Positions 27,624 to 40,576 of a stretch of 64,000 nt of DNA are shown here, piece after piece (position 1 is the stretch's first letter; each line of letters starts with the position of its first letter). Source of the DNA: Azolla caroliniana (Eukaryota > Plantae > Polypodiophyta); assembly GCA_043228905.1 (NCBI GenBank), contig JBHGNT010000004.1, forward strand, positions 18,910,001 through 18,974,000, written 5' to 3'. The notes beneath the pieces were generated by a model that was given only the letters and a program-made list of their open reading frames with translations, searched no databases and was not told the origin of the DNA. A program made the translations under genes and the position numbers.

Positions 27624-28627
27624 CTTGGATTTTCAACTGGAATCCAATGCAATGGACTGGATTCCAGTTAAAAATCCAAGATTTTTTTAAATTTTATAAT
27701 TTAAAAAAAAAATTCCATAAAAAAGAAGAAGGATTTTCAGCTTAAATATGATGCACTACATTGTATTTTAGTCTATACAACTAGAATCCAATGCAATGCA
27801 TTGGATTAAAGTCGAAAATCCTTTTTTCTTTTTTCTTTTTTCAATGTATTTTTATTTATTTATATTTTTTTTCCATATAAAAAATAATAATAAATGGCTT
27901 TTCAACTGAAATCTGATGCACTGCATCGGATTGTAGTCTATACAGCTAAACATCGATGTAGTGCATTATATTTTAGCTAACAATCCTTTTTCTTTTCAAT
28001 TGTTTTTCATTTTTTCGACAAATAAATAAAAATATTAAAAAAAATGGATTTCCAACTGAAATTGGATGCACTGCATCGGATTTCAATTGAAAATCCAAAT
28101 TTCTTTTAGTTTTTTCATAAAACAATGAAATAATAAAAAAATATTGCATTTTCAACAGAAATCTGATGCATTGCATCGGGTTTTAGTTGAAAATCCATGA
28201 TAAATGAAAAAAATAAAAGAAAAAGCTTGGACTTTCAACGGAAATCCGATGTAGTGCATCAGATTTCCATTGTAAAGCCTATTGAAAATGATGGATTTTC
28301 AACGTGCATCAGATTTCCGTTGAAAATACATCATTTTAAATGGCCAAAATCCATGATTTGTTTATTTTTAAAGTTTTTTTATGGAGAAAATAAAAAAATA
28401 AGAAAATTTCAAAACAAATAAGAAAAAGTGGATTTTCAACTGAAATCCAATGCATTGCATTGGATTTCCATTTTTTCAATTTTTATTTATTTATTTATTT
28501 ATTTATGGGAAAAATAAAACAATTCAAACAAAATTCAAAAATTAAGAAAATTTGGAAACAAATAAGAAAAAGTGGACTTTCAACTGAAATCTGATGTAGT
28601 GCATTGGATTTCTATTGAAAATCCATT
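27624..28627. repeat. Array of ~10 degenerate ~53-bp palindromes separated by AT-rich spacers
   Basis: Consensus ~TGGATTTTCAACTGAAATCYGATGCA-N-TGCATCRGATTTCAGTTGAAAATCCA. Units begin near 27625, 27730, 27894, 28044, 28144, 28228, 28291, 28428 and 28572; two are double. Confidence 0.88.
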
Positions 28628-28676
28628 TTTTCAATTTTTATTTATTTATTTATGGGAAAAATAAAAAAATAAAAAA

Positions 28677-29481
28677 TTCATCTTGGAAAGTCATTACAGC
28701 TCCAAAGGACGAGGGGGGTCTTGGGTTGATTGATCCTCTATTACAATGTAAGTCTTTTTTGGGAAAATTTATTATAAGAGGCTTGTTGCTAGGTGGGGAG
28801 CCTTGGAAAAAAATCTTAAGGCATAGAATGGTTAAGATTATGCCTTCTACAGGTGGCAACTGGCAAGATAGTATTAGATGGTGGTTTTTAAGAGATTTTA
28901 ATCATTCCCTTGATATTTTTCTCCAGGATAAGTTTTTTAGGGGTATCATGAAGGCATGGTGGGATTTGAAACATAACATGGTCCAATCTCTACCATCATG
29001 TATGGAGGAATGATTGCGACAACCCCTAATAATGAACCCATTATTTCTATCAAATGTGGTGGGAATGTTAGGGAAAAGAACTAGGTTGAAATGGGCTGAT
29101 TTTGATAGAGGAGAAGCTGGATTAGTAAGGAACTGGCCGTATTTTTCTTCTTCGATGATCGAAAACAAAACCCAGATTTGTTGCACAATTTGGGGTGGAA
29201 ACATTATGTATACAGAAATCGATAGAGTGTTTACGATGTATTCCTTTTAGCCTTCTCAAAGTGGTCTATTTTGGTATGGTATCTTTTCATCTTTACATGA
29301 CTTGTTGGGGGTTAGAGGTTATAAAAACTCTCATGACTATCTATATTTCGATGTTTTGCAGTCTGGACGGCTCCATTCTATCGTTATGGAAGATGAAGTT
29401 GTATCTCAAAAGGAGTATGTTGCCTGTTCGTATATTGTGGAAAAACGATAACAAATGGATGTTGAATCCGTGGACACCCAA
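28677..29481 (+). mobile_element. L1-clade LINE 3' fragment, left part
   Basis: SWKVITAPKDEGGLGLIDP...EPWKKIL motif typical of the L1 ORF2 region after RT; stops and frameshifts present. Confidence 0.8.
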
Positions 29482-32400
29482 AACACCTTTGCATTCACAA
29501 GTGGAAGGATTGCACATTCCACTTATAGATTCCTTTTATAATCTTGCGATTTTAGACAATTTCCAAAAACTTGATACACTAGTATCACATGTTTTAAATA
29601 GCATGTAAATTTTGCTATTTTTTTGAGATTTAACAAATTTCAAAATGATAATTTCTAAAATTAAATAGTTTAGGGATAAATGTTTATATTTTCATGGTTT
29701 GCAGATATGAAATGTAGTTAACTTAAAGAAAATCACAATTATGGTCAACTCAAGGCACAAGTTAAGATTAATGGTTTCACCATCTTGAGGAGATTAAGAT
29801 TACATCTATTGTTAGACTTGAAAATGTTTTAAGTATAAAAGGTAATATTGCAATCCTTAATGTCATCATCTATAAATTAGTGCTCATTAACATCCATAAA
29901 TTCACAACTCAAGAAATGTAGAAAATATTCATAAACAATTTTGATAAATCCACAACTCCTAAAATGTAGACGATATTCATAAACTGTCAAACTTTAGATG
30001 TGAACATTAATATATCAATTTGAACATAACACATAGTTATCAGGGTATCTACAATGTTATAATCTTATTCCTTATAAGAATTCCCCTTCAAAATTTGTGA
30101 AGTAAATGGCATTTGCAAAGTTTAATTACCATCAACACAATTATTAATGGTTTTCTTCTAATAAATGAAGCACATGTTTACCATAAAGTATCTTGTTGTG
30201 CAACATACATCTTTAAAAAACCTCTTTTATTTGAAAAACAACAAGAGTTTTAAACATGGACATGATATGTTGTATTGAATTGATGTAAAAAATAGAGTTT
30301 TCATCATAACTCTATACAATATATTGAATTCATGTTCAAAGTTTTTTTACCGTATTTAAAAAATAATAATAATAATAAATTAAGCTTGAGTTCATAGAAA
30401 AACCAGATGTTTTATCACAATTCGATACAATGTATCAAGTTCATGTTTAAAGTAATTTTTTTTAATTTTTAAAAAAACATTTTCAATTTGTTTCAATTTT
30501 TTAAAATTTTTAAAATTTTAAAATTTTTGAATTTTTTTTGAATTTTTTATGGAAAAAATAATAATTTTAAACATGAACTCGATACATTGTATCGACTTGT
30601 GATAAAAAGTCTGGTTTTTTCATCACTTATTAAAGCTCAAAAAAAAAATTCTAAGATAGAAACGAAATTGGTACTAAGAGAGAAATATTAGTACTAAGAA
30701 GAATTTAAGGTGTAGAACACTTGAGAAAAGAAGAGAGAGAGAGAGTGAGAGAGAGGGAATGATGATGACAGCGATATACTATGTGAGAAGAATATACAAG
30801 GAATGCTCGATATAGTAAAAATGAAAATAAAAATTCTATATATTACAATGTATGGTCTAATGGTCAAGAGCTTGACCCATGTAGCATAAGGTCATGGGTT
30901 TGAGGCTTACCATATCATGACATGAGCTAATCTAACTTTTTGACATGAACTCGATACGCTGTATCAAGTTCATGTTTAAAGTTTTATTTCGGATTTTTTT
31001 TTAAAAATAATTACATTTTTTCCTATTTTATTTTGGTATTTTTTTTTTTTTCTAAAAAAAAATTGAGCTTTAATAAGTAATGAAAATAATATTTTATGTA
31101 TTACAATGAATGGTCTAATGGTCAAGAGCTTGACCCATGTAGCATAAGGTCATGGGTTTGAGTCTTACCATATCATGACATGAACTAAGCTAACTTTTTA
31201 TAAAATAATTACATTTCTTTCGATTTTATTTTGGTATTTTGTTTTTTTTTCAAAAAAACATTTAGCTTTAATAAGTGATGAAAAAACCAGAGTTTTTATC
31301 ACAAGTCGATACAATGTATCAAATTGATGTTTAAAAAATAAAACAAAATCAATAAAAGATTGAAAAAAATTAGAAAAAATTACTTTAAGCATGAACTCAA
31401 TACATTATATCGAATTGTGATGAAAATTATGGTTTTCTAGATGAACTCAAGCACAATTTATTATTATTATTATTATTTTTTAAATCCAGTAAAAAAAACT
31501 TTGAGCAAGAATTCAATACATTGTATGGAATTATGATGAAAACTCTATTTTTTACATCAACTTGATACAACATATCGAGTTAATGTTTAAAATCTTGTTG
31601 TTTTTCAAATAAAAGAGGTTTTTTAAACATGAACTTGAATCGTACTAAAATGTTTGTTTTAACAAGAGAAAAAGATGCATATCGATAGTGCAAACAAGTA
31701 TGTTGTACAATAAGATACTTTATGGTGAACATGTGCATCATTGATTAACAAAAAACTATTAATAATTGTGTTGATGGTAATTGAACCTTGCAAATGCCAT
31801 TTACATGGTCCATAAAGTGTTCGCGGGTTCTCAATCACTACTTAATGTTAATCTTTATAGTTGGAACGAAGGATGACAACACAAGCATAACTCAGATGAC
31901 AAGGAAACTTGCAAGAACTCAAGATGGGGATATTAATAGCTACACATGTAGATGGCCATGACCTAGGGTACCAATTCTGCATTGGTAAAGTTTTGGACGT
32001 GATGATGTATTAAACCTTTGTAATACATCTATCATTGACATTAATGAGGTGGATATCATTATGTATGACTTTACACAGACAAAAGTTAGATGTTTAAGGA
32101 CAACAACGATATACATAATAAAAGAGATATTAGCTAGTCTAGAAGATATCTCAGATTAAAGGAGAAGAAGATTTATTGCACAAAATTTGGAGATACCATT
32201 TGGTGAAGACAATGATTTGATTGGTACATTGGAAGATGAGGAGGAAGAGTCACAATTGTATATTATCTATAGTAGTGATTCTCATGAAAAGAATGATGAT
32301 AGTCATGCAAATAACTCCCAAATGTATTTGTTGTGCAACTATATGTAACAAATTTAGACAACATTTTATCGAATGGAATAAAAACGTTCATTGTTTTGAA

Positions 32401-32675
32401 ATATTCTACTTTGATTTCTTTAAGATCTAAAAACTTATTAGCTGTCATTTTTCTTTAAAAAACCACAAAGTTACTTTTCATATTTTACCCAAATTTGGCA
32501 TTTTTCAATTTTACCAAATGGTGAAATTTTCAACTTTTTCATCAAGTTTTGGAGAACATGTGATACTAGTATCAAGATGTTTTGTGAAATGGCAAAAAAA
32601 ACCCCAAAATCAAACGGAATATTTCTTATCCTTCCACTTGTGCGCGATCCTTCCACTTGTGAACGCAAACGTGTT
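29482..32675. mobile_element. Non-autonomous fold-back DNA transposon (3194 bp) inserted in the L1 fragment
   Basis: 29-bp TIR AACACCTTTGCATTCACAAGTGGAAGGAT (29482-29510) versus the reverse complement of 32647-32675, two mismatches. CCAA on both flanks (29478-29481, 32676-32679). Subterminal IR ~29570/~32560; internal ~540-bp IR arms ~30101-30638 and ~31263-31804. Confidence 0.82.
30841..31199 (+). repeat. Two direct copies of a ~100-bp tRNA-like Pol III cassette
   Basis: Copies at 30841-30941 and 31099-31199. A box TGGTCTAATGG (30853, 31111), B-box-like GGTTTGAGKCT (30897, 31155) 33 nt downstream, then TTTTT. Confidence 0.6.
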
Positions 32676-33940
32676 CCAAATGATATAAACAATTTATCTG
32701 AATTGTGGGTGTACGAGAATAAGCCCATTAACAAACTTTTGTGGGATCCCAATGAATGGAAATGGCAAAGCATATTACCACAAGGAATGCTAGGCAAGCA
32801 AATCCCATTTTTTCAGTACTCCGTAAAAATGGGTAGAGAATTGTTAAGGAGGCGTGTGGCTGTTACGCCAACAGCATGTAAATTTTGGAACTTGGGTAAT
32901 GTATGACACTCTTGGTTAAATGCTTATTGGAAAGGCCATGCAAATTCCTAGAAAACTTGTCTTGTTTAGATGGTTGTTGGTACATTATGGCACCCTTGTG
33001 AAGTCATGGATGAAGGGACATTGCCATGATTTAAAATGTGACAATTGTGGTTTTCCTAATCAAACGGTGCACCATGTTTTATGGGTATGTCCTATAGATA
33101 GAGCAGTATGGAAAAGAGTGTTGAGAATTTGGTATCCTATTTATGGTAAACAGGCGTACACATGGGGTTTTGTGAGATGGGGAAGGTTGGCTGAAGAAAT
33201 ATAGAATTATGAAAGGGACTGTGTTGATTTTCTTCTCCTCTCTGATGGAAGTCATGTGTTGGAGGCCTCTTATACTACACCAATCCATTGTTTGGAAGAA
33301 AACAAGGTTTGGTCTACTGTATCTTGTGTTGATTTTCTTCTCCTCTCTGATGGAAGTCATGTGTTGGAGGCCTCTTATACTACACCAATCCATTGTTTGG
33401 AAGAAAACAAGGTTTGGTCTACTGTATCTTGTGTTGATTTTCTTCTCCTCTCTGATGGAAGTCATGTGTTGGAGGCCTCTTATACTACACCAATCCATTG
33501 TTTGGAAGAAAACAAGGTTTGGTCTACTGTATCTTGTTTAGTAGTTTGGATGTTATGGAAGCCAAGATTTAAGTGTGTATTTCAGAATGTCAAACCGAAT
33601 GCGGTTGAGTTAGTCAAGGAGATATGGTTGATGCTCCTGCATACTCTAAGAGGTTAATATGAGGCAATACATGGTGAGCCTGATGTTGTGTTTCGCAAGC
33701 AACAATAATTTCGAGAAATTTGGAAAAAGGCATAGGTCTTCACCTATTTTGGGGACAGAATAAAATGGAGATATGCTCCACCAAGTTGCCTTTTTCCGCC
33801 CCCTATCTTGAAAAGACCATGCATGAGGGTTTCCGCTACTAGACATGTCCATTCATGTGGGTAGGAGGGTTGTATGGATACTTTGTAGCCTTTGGGCATC
33901 TTTTCATTAATACCACGATGAATCTTGACTTAAAAAAAAA
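32676..33940 (+). mobile_element. L1-clade LINE 3' fragment, right part (zf-RVT region, poly(A) tail)
   Basis: IPRKLVLFRWLL...CDNCG...TVHHVLWVC....VW, then VWMLWK.R.KCVF; A-run at 33932-33940. Confidence 0.82.
33220..33537 (+). repeat. Perfect 105-bp tandem triplication
   Basis: Unit starts at 33220, 33325 and 33430, with TGT junction microhomology. Confidence 0.95.
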
Positions 33941-36900
33941 GAATAAAAGGGGAGGGTAATGGGAGAAAATCAAGAAGAGAATCTAGAGGGACAACAACGA
34001 AAGGTCATTAAAACCTGATGTAACGGCCGTCCCTTACGCTATAAAAGGGGCGGCCCCAGACTGTTTTAGGGGCGATGTGGAACGGGGGAGAAAACTCTAC
34101 CGTTCAGGGTACCAAAGCTCTCTCTCGATCTCTCGATCTCTCTCTGATTACGACCGACAACTGAACTCCGGAAGGTGCATCCTCTGCTTGCGTCAGATGC
34201 CCGTGTGCTCCCGACCAGAGGGTCATCACTCTGCGTGTGTTTACTGTAGAGATCGAAGCTTTGTTCCCGGCTCAGACCGGTTGTACTCTTTGTGCATCAC
34301 GCACACATTCTAACTAATACTGTTATTCTATTCTATTGTCTTGTGTTGCAATTCCATCATTTCGCGCTGTAACGGTGACCTACCACCGTCTCCCTCTTGT
34401 CCCTCTCTATTTTGTCTACGGTCTGTGTGTACACAACGCGAGGGATATTCCGCCTCTTTGCTCAATTCTGTGGGTCAACACCCGTGTGGTCCTGCCCCAT
34501 TTCCACGCATCCACGTGGAATTCCGCGACAACGTGTTGATTGGTTGTGGCCGGCTTCATATTCCGCATATTCATGTCACATCCAAAACCAAGTCATGATA
34601 TCTGAAGAAGCCATTCGACAATTAAGTGCTAAGTTTTTCTACATTTCCCTACTGTGTTTAGCTTTATGAGAAGTTTTCAATGTGGTTGTTCTTTCTTTGA
34701 GTTGTTCCCTATCCAATGCCAAATGAAGGTGCATTGTGTTGCTTGATAGTTGTTTTTGCATCTAGTCTCGCGCTAAGGAGAATGAACATATTGGAGACCC
34801 CCTAAAGTGGGATGCTTAGGAAGACACAATACAATATTGTTGTCTATGTTTACAAACCCTTCCAATGGCCACAATCTAGAGGTTTATATACATGCTCACC
34901 TCTAGCAAAAGGGCTAGGGATTGACACTTTAATGTGCAGGACATGGGCAAATGAGCCGTTGTTTGGATCTTAATTCAAGAAAATCTGAGAAGAAAGTTAG
35001 AGAGTAGGAATTGCTTGATGGGGTGGCTTGTAAGGTTAAGTTATTCCAATTGCATAACAAAAGTAGGGTACACCTAGGTAGGTATGCATTCCTCGTCTCA
35101 TCAACTACCAAACATCACATTGTTGGGTCCACCCCTAATCTGGGAGTCAGAACGAGAATAATTTATAATTCCACTCGAGGCAAACCTGATCTAGGTATGC
35201 TTCCCATTGCATGCACATGATGTTGGAGGTCCCCCCTAGGAAAGATGTGATATAAGACTTTCATGTGCATGGTTGACCTTGGATGGACATCCTAGCATTA
35301 TAATCTTTGCAAATCTGCTATATATGGTTCTACATCTATAATTTCTGAGGTTGAATCTGCAAAGTTCAATCAAAATCAGTTGTGATTGAACGCAAAGGCT
35401 ACTTACTGTGACCATATCTATGAAATCTCAAAACATGAAGAAAAAGCAACCTCTCTCTTCCAATGTCACTCAACCAAATTCAAGCAAGACTCACAAATCA
35501 AAGGAGATATGTAGAGGGGATTGCAAACCCATCAAAGAGTATAAGGTAGAATGCTTTATGTCTAATGATGGCAAGATTTCAGCTGCTAATGTACCTCAGC
35601 TAAGATATTGTTGCAGTTCGATATCCACAAATGTCTTTCGTCCGGACTCCCGATCGTCCACTAGAAGCCGACGGCACCTAGACATCCTTCATCCTGACCC
35701 CCGGTCTAGTGCCAGAGGCCATAGGATCGAGAAGCCACAACCGAGCCCGGGAAACGTCCTGCCATTGACCAATGAGCCGCCATGTGGTCAAGTTCCAATT
35801 CATGTGGAAGAGAGGCTTCGTTCTGAACACCCTCTTCACAATAATGGCAATGATGCTTCTCTTGGTCAAAATGGTACTGAAACCAATACTAACACAACTA
35901 ACACTCTGACAGGAACCCAATGTGCAACAACAATTCTCTTCATATGCTTCCTAGTGGTGGTAATGAACTATTTCTAATAGTATCACCTGGAATAACCCAA
36001 TAAGGACCACCAAAGGTCTTCATATTCTTGTTCAAAATACTAGTACTAACATTTCGCATATTGTGGTCTTCATATTCAGGGCATGACGAGGAGATTGACC
36101 TAAGCACTGTGATGGATGATCATGATGTGTGGATTCTACATAACCAGGAGAGTTTAGGTTCAATTACCTCCCATAATTCCCTACTTCTCTACCACAAGAC
36201 TCTTAATATCCACGGGAATGTTGAGGATAATATTTTGGCACACAATGTTATATAGATGATATTCATAATGTAGACATAAGTTTGTTGAGTTCAACCACAA
36301 TTGGGGCCACGGAAACTTCCACAAGCAGGAATAATACTTACAACTGACAACGAGACACTTTCAAGTTCATGGTTTTGGAGAGTTCACGAGCTTCTATGTT
36401 ATATTTAGTATTGCCTTTCAAGCATTGGCTTTGACTTGGTAGTTTCAGGTTTATGTGAAGGAGAAAGGATCACATGTAGCAAGGTTATAAATATGTATCT
36501 ACAATATTGTAATTAACTTAGACGTATAACTGGCTTCAGCTCCTAGGAGGTGAGGAACGGGGATCATCACATAAAAGAGGTACTGGTAATTTGTTTGTAT
36601 AAACTAATAAGACCCTTGTGCAAGGGATAGTATGTAGGATTTCTGGATTGTTTACATAAAATAAAAGGGTTAATAAAGGATTGTGTACGTCAAGGATGGC
36701 AAAAACTTTGCAATTGATTGTCAACAAGTTGGATAAAATCTAAGATGACTATCAAACCAAACATGTTACCTTTTCTTACAATTGATATGTTTGTTCATTC
36801 ATAATCTACACAGCTATGTGCACAAATACTCATTCATTCGTGCCAGCATCCATCCATACATGCATATAATCGTTCATACAAACGTACATAGTATCGTAAA

Positions 36901-38345
36901 TGTATAAATTCGTAACGCCTGATGCAGACCTTACATTGAGGTGATATGATATTCTTCAATTTTGAAGATTGTACTGATGATTATAAATAATTGAAGCCGC
37001 TTGCTTAAATATATATGCTTCATTCCAATGATGATTTTTACTACCTACGTCTTAGATACCCTATCTTCATACCTAATGAAATTCACACAATTTGCTTCAA
37101 TTAACAAACTACATGTGGGTGATAATATTGATCACCCTGGTCATAGTAACATTGGTTGTCATGAAGTTAAGATGGCTTTCCAATGACTAATTTGTGACTC
37201 AATGGTGCCAAATCTAGTATGATTCTTGCCAGATATCATTCTGAGAGGGAGGCATTAATTCCAGATGCCTCCACTCCCTGGTTTCCCATTACATTTTCCT
37301 TGGCTATTGTTTGGACTATTCCACATTTCCAACTATTTTGACAGGGTGGTATTTTTCCTTGGTTGAGTCACGTCTACAGGCCAAAGATTCTTGCATTTTG
37401 TTCATCTGCTTGTGGAGTTCTGGATATTGAGAACATGCTTGCATGCTTTGCCTCTGTCTCCATAATCTCATTCTCTAGTTCATCGTGTACTTTGCACTGT
37501 ATGGAACTGCAAGGAAGATCAGAAACTTGTTCTGGTGCAAAATTTCCAGCATCAAAATTTATAGACCAAAGCAAAATGATGAAAGACATTCTCTTGTCTC
37601 CTCATTCCTTATCAAGGTTAATCTTAACACGTAAAAAACCTTGCATAATAAGTCACGACGATACAGAAACATAATATAGGTCTTGAAACATTGTGACATG
37701 ATACAAAAAAGGTTGAAAGTTATAATGTCATATCAAGGCATTGTTCCAACATGCTATTTCGATCTTTCCCTATTCTAAGTGATGACTAAGGACAATTTAG
37801 TTTACCAGTCAATATCTACAACAGCAAACCCAGCACATTACCAATATCACTTGAAATTTTCCAGTCTGATATTATGAATTATACATATGAGGAAATTTCA
37901 AACCATTGATTCTTAAACGTTATCAATAGCAGTCATCACAAACACATCTACCATCTGCAAAAATGTGAACATGGTTTATAATCATACACTTAGAATCCTA
38001 CAGTTTTCTATTATTAATATAAGGGATGTGGTAGAACGGCAGTCACCACAAACCCGTGTCCTCAGTAACATGCATTGGAGGGTCTTCAGTTACATTGATC
38101 AAGGCACATGCAATAGCTGACTTCTCACTATGGCAACACAAAACTTTTTCCTTTTTATCAGCCAAAATGTTTTGTGGTATCCAATGTAAACCCAGAAAAC
38201 AACCATTTAGTAATAGTTTCTGATGAATCTATTCCAGCTTTGCATGTAGCTTCATACTTTTGAGTGTGACTTTTATCTGCTACAAGAAATGAGTGCACAT
38301 TTCTAGTGAAATCAGTCCAACAACATCCTGGCTCATTTTGATGTT

Positions 38346-40576
38346 CTATTCTTCACTGCTGAAGTTTTGATTACATTTGTTTCTGCTTGTTCCTGCTGTT
38401 GCATATATATTTTCCATACAAACATAAGCTGCTGCACAATTTTCATCCAACTTTACTGATTTCTCAAATGCCCATTTCCCAAGTTTTACATCCCTCCACT
38501 GTCTACAAGCACTCAATATAGCCAAAAATAGTGGAAGACGTTCAGAATTTGGCACCTTGTCAGTTAAGGCTTTCACCTCATCAACATGACCTGCACGGAC
38601 ATACAAATCAATCATACATGTATAGTGCTCAAGTGTTGGTGTAAGACAAACAGCACACATTTCATCAAACAACTTTTCCCCCTGATTCACTAGGCCTGCA
38701 TGACTACATGCCGTCAGCAAAAGAATGAACGTAACCACACCTGGCATAGCACCTCCTGCCCTCATTCTTCTATACAAGTACAAAACCACATTGGCCTCAC
38801 CTAACTGGGTATATCCAGCCATCAGAGCACTCCAAGAAACTATATCCTGAAAGGGAAGCTCTTGAAACACTTCTTGCGCTTTCTCCAGTACACCACATTT
38901 TGAATACATGTCCACCAAAGCAGTTCCAAGCACAACATCATTTTGCAGTGCCCCCTTCTTTCTGACCTCGGTATCTATATCTTCTCCAACTTTTAGAGAT
39001 CCAACAATGCCACAAGCTTTCAAAACGGATAGATAAGTTACATCGTCAGGACGAACTTGTGCATCTTGCATCTGACTGAAGCATTTTAGAGCTTCATCAC
39101 CAAGCCCATTTTGGGCATACCCAGCAATGATTGCGCTCCAAGCCACAACATTCCCTGCTGGAAGCTGATCAAATACTTCTCGTGCTTTCTCTAGTGCTCC
39201 ACACTTGCAATACATGTCCATCAATGCAGTACCAAGCACAACATCCTTCTGCAGTAACCCTTGCTTTCTCACCTTGGTATCTATATCTTCCCCAATTTCA
39301 AGAGATCGAACAATGCTACAAGCTTTCAGAATGCAGACATAAGTTCTTGCATCTGGAATTATCCCTGCATCTTGCATCTGTCTGAAGCCTTCCAATGCTT
39401 TATCACCAAAACCATTTTGAGCATATCCTGAAATCAATGCACTCCAAGTCACTACATCTCGTTTGGGAAGGTCCAGAAACACTTTTCGTGCTTTCTCTAT
39501 TGCACCGCATTTGCCATACATGTCTATCAATGCATTGCCCAACACAATATCTCTTTGCAATAACTTACGCTTTCTAACTTGTGCATCAACATCTTCTCCG
39601 ATGTCCAGAGAGCCAACATTGCCACAAGCTTTCAAAATGTGGGCATAAGTTACCGCATCTGGATGGACACCAGCATCTTGCATTTGGGTGAAACATTTCA
39701 ATGCTTCATTACTCAGACCATTTCTTACGTATCCCGCTATAAGGGCACTCCATGTCACAACATTTTGCATTGGAAGATTCTCAAACACTTCTCGTGCTTT
39801 GTCTAGGTTACCACATTTGGAGTACATGTCTACCAATGCAGTGCCAAGCACAACATCCTTCAGCAATAGCCCTTTCTTTCTGACCTCAGCATCGATAACT
39901 TCTCCGATCTCTAGAGATCTAACAATTCCACAAGCTTTCAAAATGCATACATAGGTTATCACATTCGGACTAACTCGACCATTTTGCATCTGTCTAAAAC
40001 AATTCAATGCTTCATATCCGAGTCCATTTTGAGCATATCCTGTGATTAATGCATTCCACGACACAACATCTCGCACTGGAAGTTTCTCGAATACTTCTCT
40101 TGCTTTGCCCATAGCACCACATCTGGAGTATGCTGTAATGAGAGCATTGACAACATAAGAATCTGCGAGAATCATACCTTTTTCCAGAATATCAGCATGT
40201 ATACTTCTTGTCTTTGATACGTCCTTTTCTCTCCCACATAATTTTATGCGATGAAGGAGCTCCAATCGATAACAAGAATGCAGTTTCGGAGGATCGTGAT
40301 AGTTGGGATGTTTAGCATGTGAGCGAATCAAATGAATTTCTTTGAGCTGCCCTTTGGCCGAATTTCCGCTGTGGTTGTGAGGCTTGGAGCTTCTCCGCAA
40401 TGATCGTAGAAGAGATTTCGTCTGAGATGCAAAACAAGAGATTCGGATCTTGCGATAAGATAGAGCGAGATAAAGAAAGGAAAGATTAGAGAGAGAGAGA
40501 GAGAGCTTACAATGAGATGGTTGCAGAGCTGTGGTGGATCGCTGAGGAGCTCCTGCTTCATCGTGGTGGCCATCAT
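38346..40576 (-). CDS. PLS-class pentatricopeptide repeat protein with E1 and truncated E2, no DYW domain (candidate organellar RNA-editing factor)
   Basis: Four similar P-L-S triplets (VVSWNALI.GY, TY..ILKAC, ALVDMYSKCG), then P2-L2-S2 (LTACSHAGLV, LEHYTCMID) and E (LAILSAC...AAAYVCMENIYA). Preferred model is exon 40576-40511 plus 40421-38346 (~713 aa); the unspliced ORF from 40610 is also open. Confidence 0.92.

Noticed and set aside
27624-28627. CRISPR array
   Set aside because: Eukaryotic context, no cas genes, degenerate repeats and low-complexity spacers of variable length.
30841-30941. Functional tRNA gene
   Set aside because: No complete cloverleaf and a mutated B box; kept only as a tRNA-like cassette.
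37363-37674. Extra PPR exon or DYW domain
   Set aside because: No HxE, CxxC or DYW motifs seen, and the PPR ORF has its own stop.
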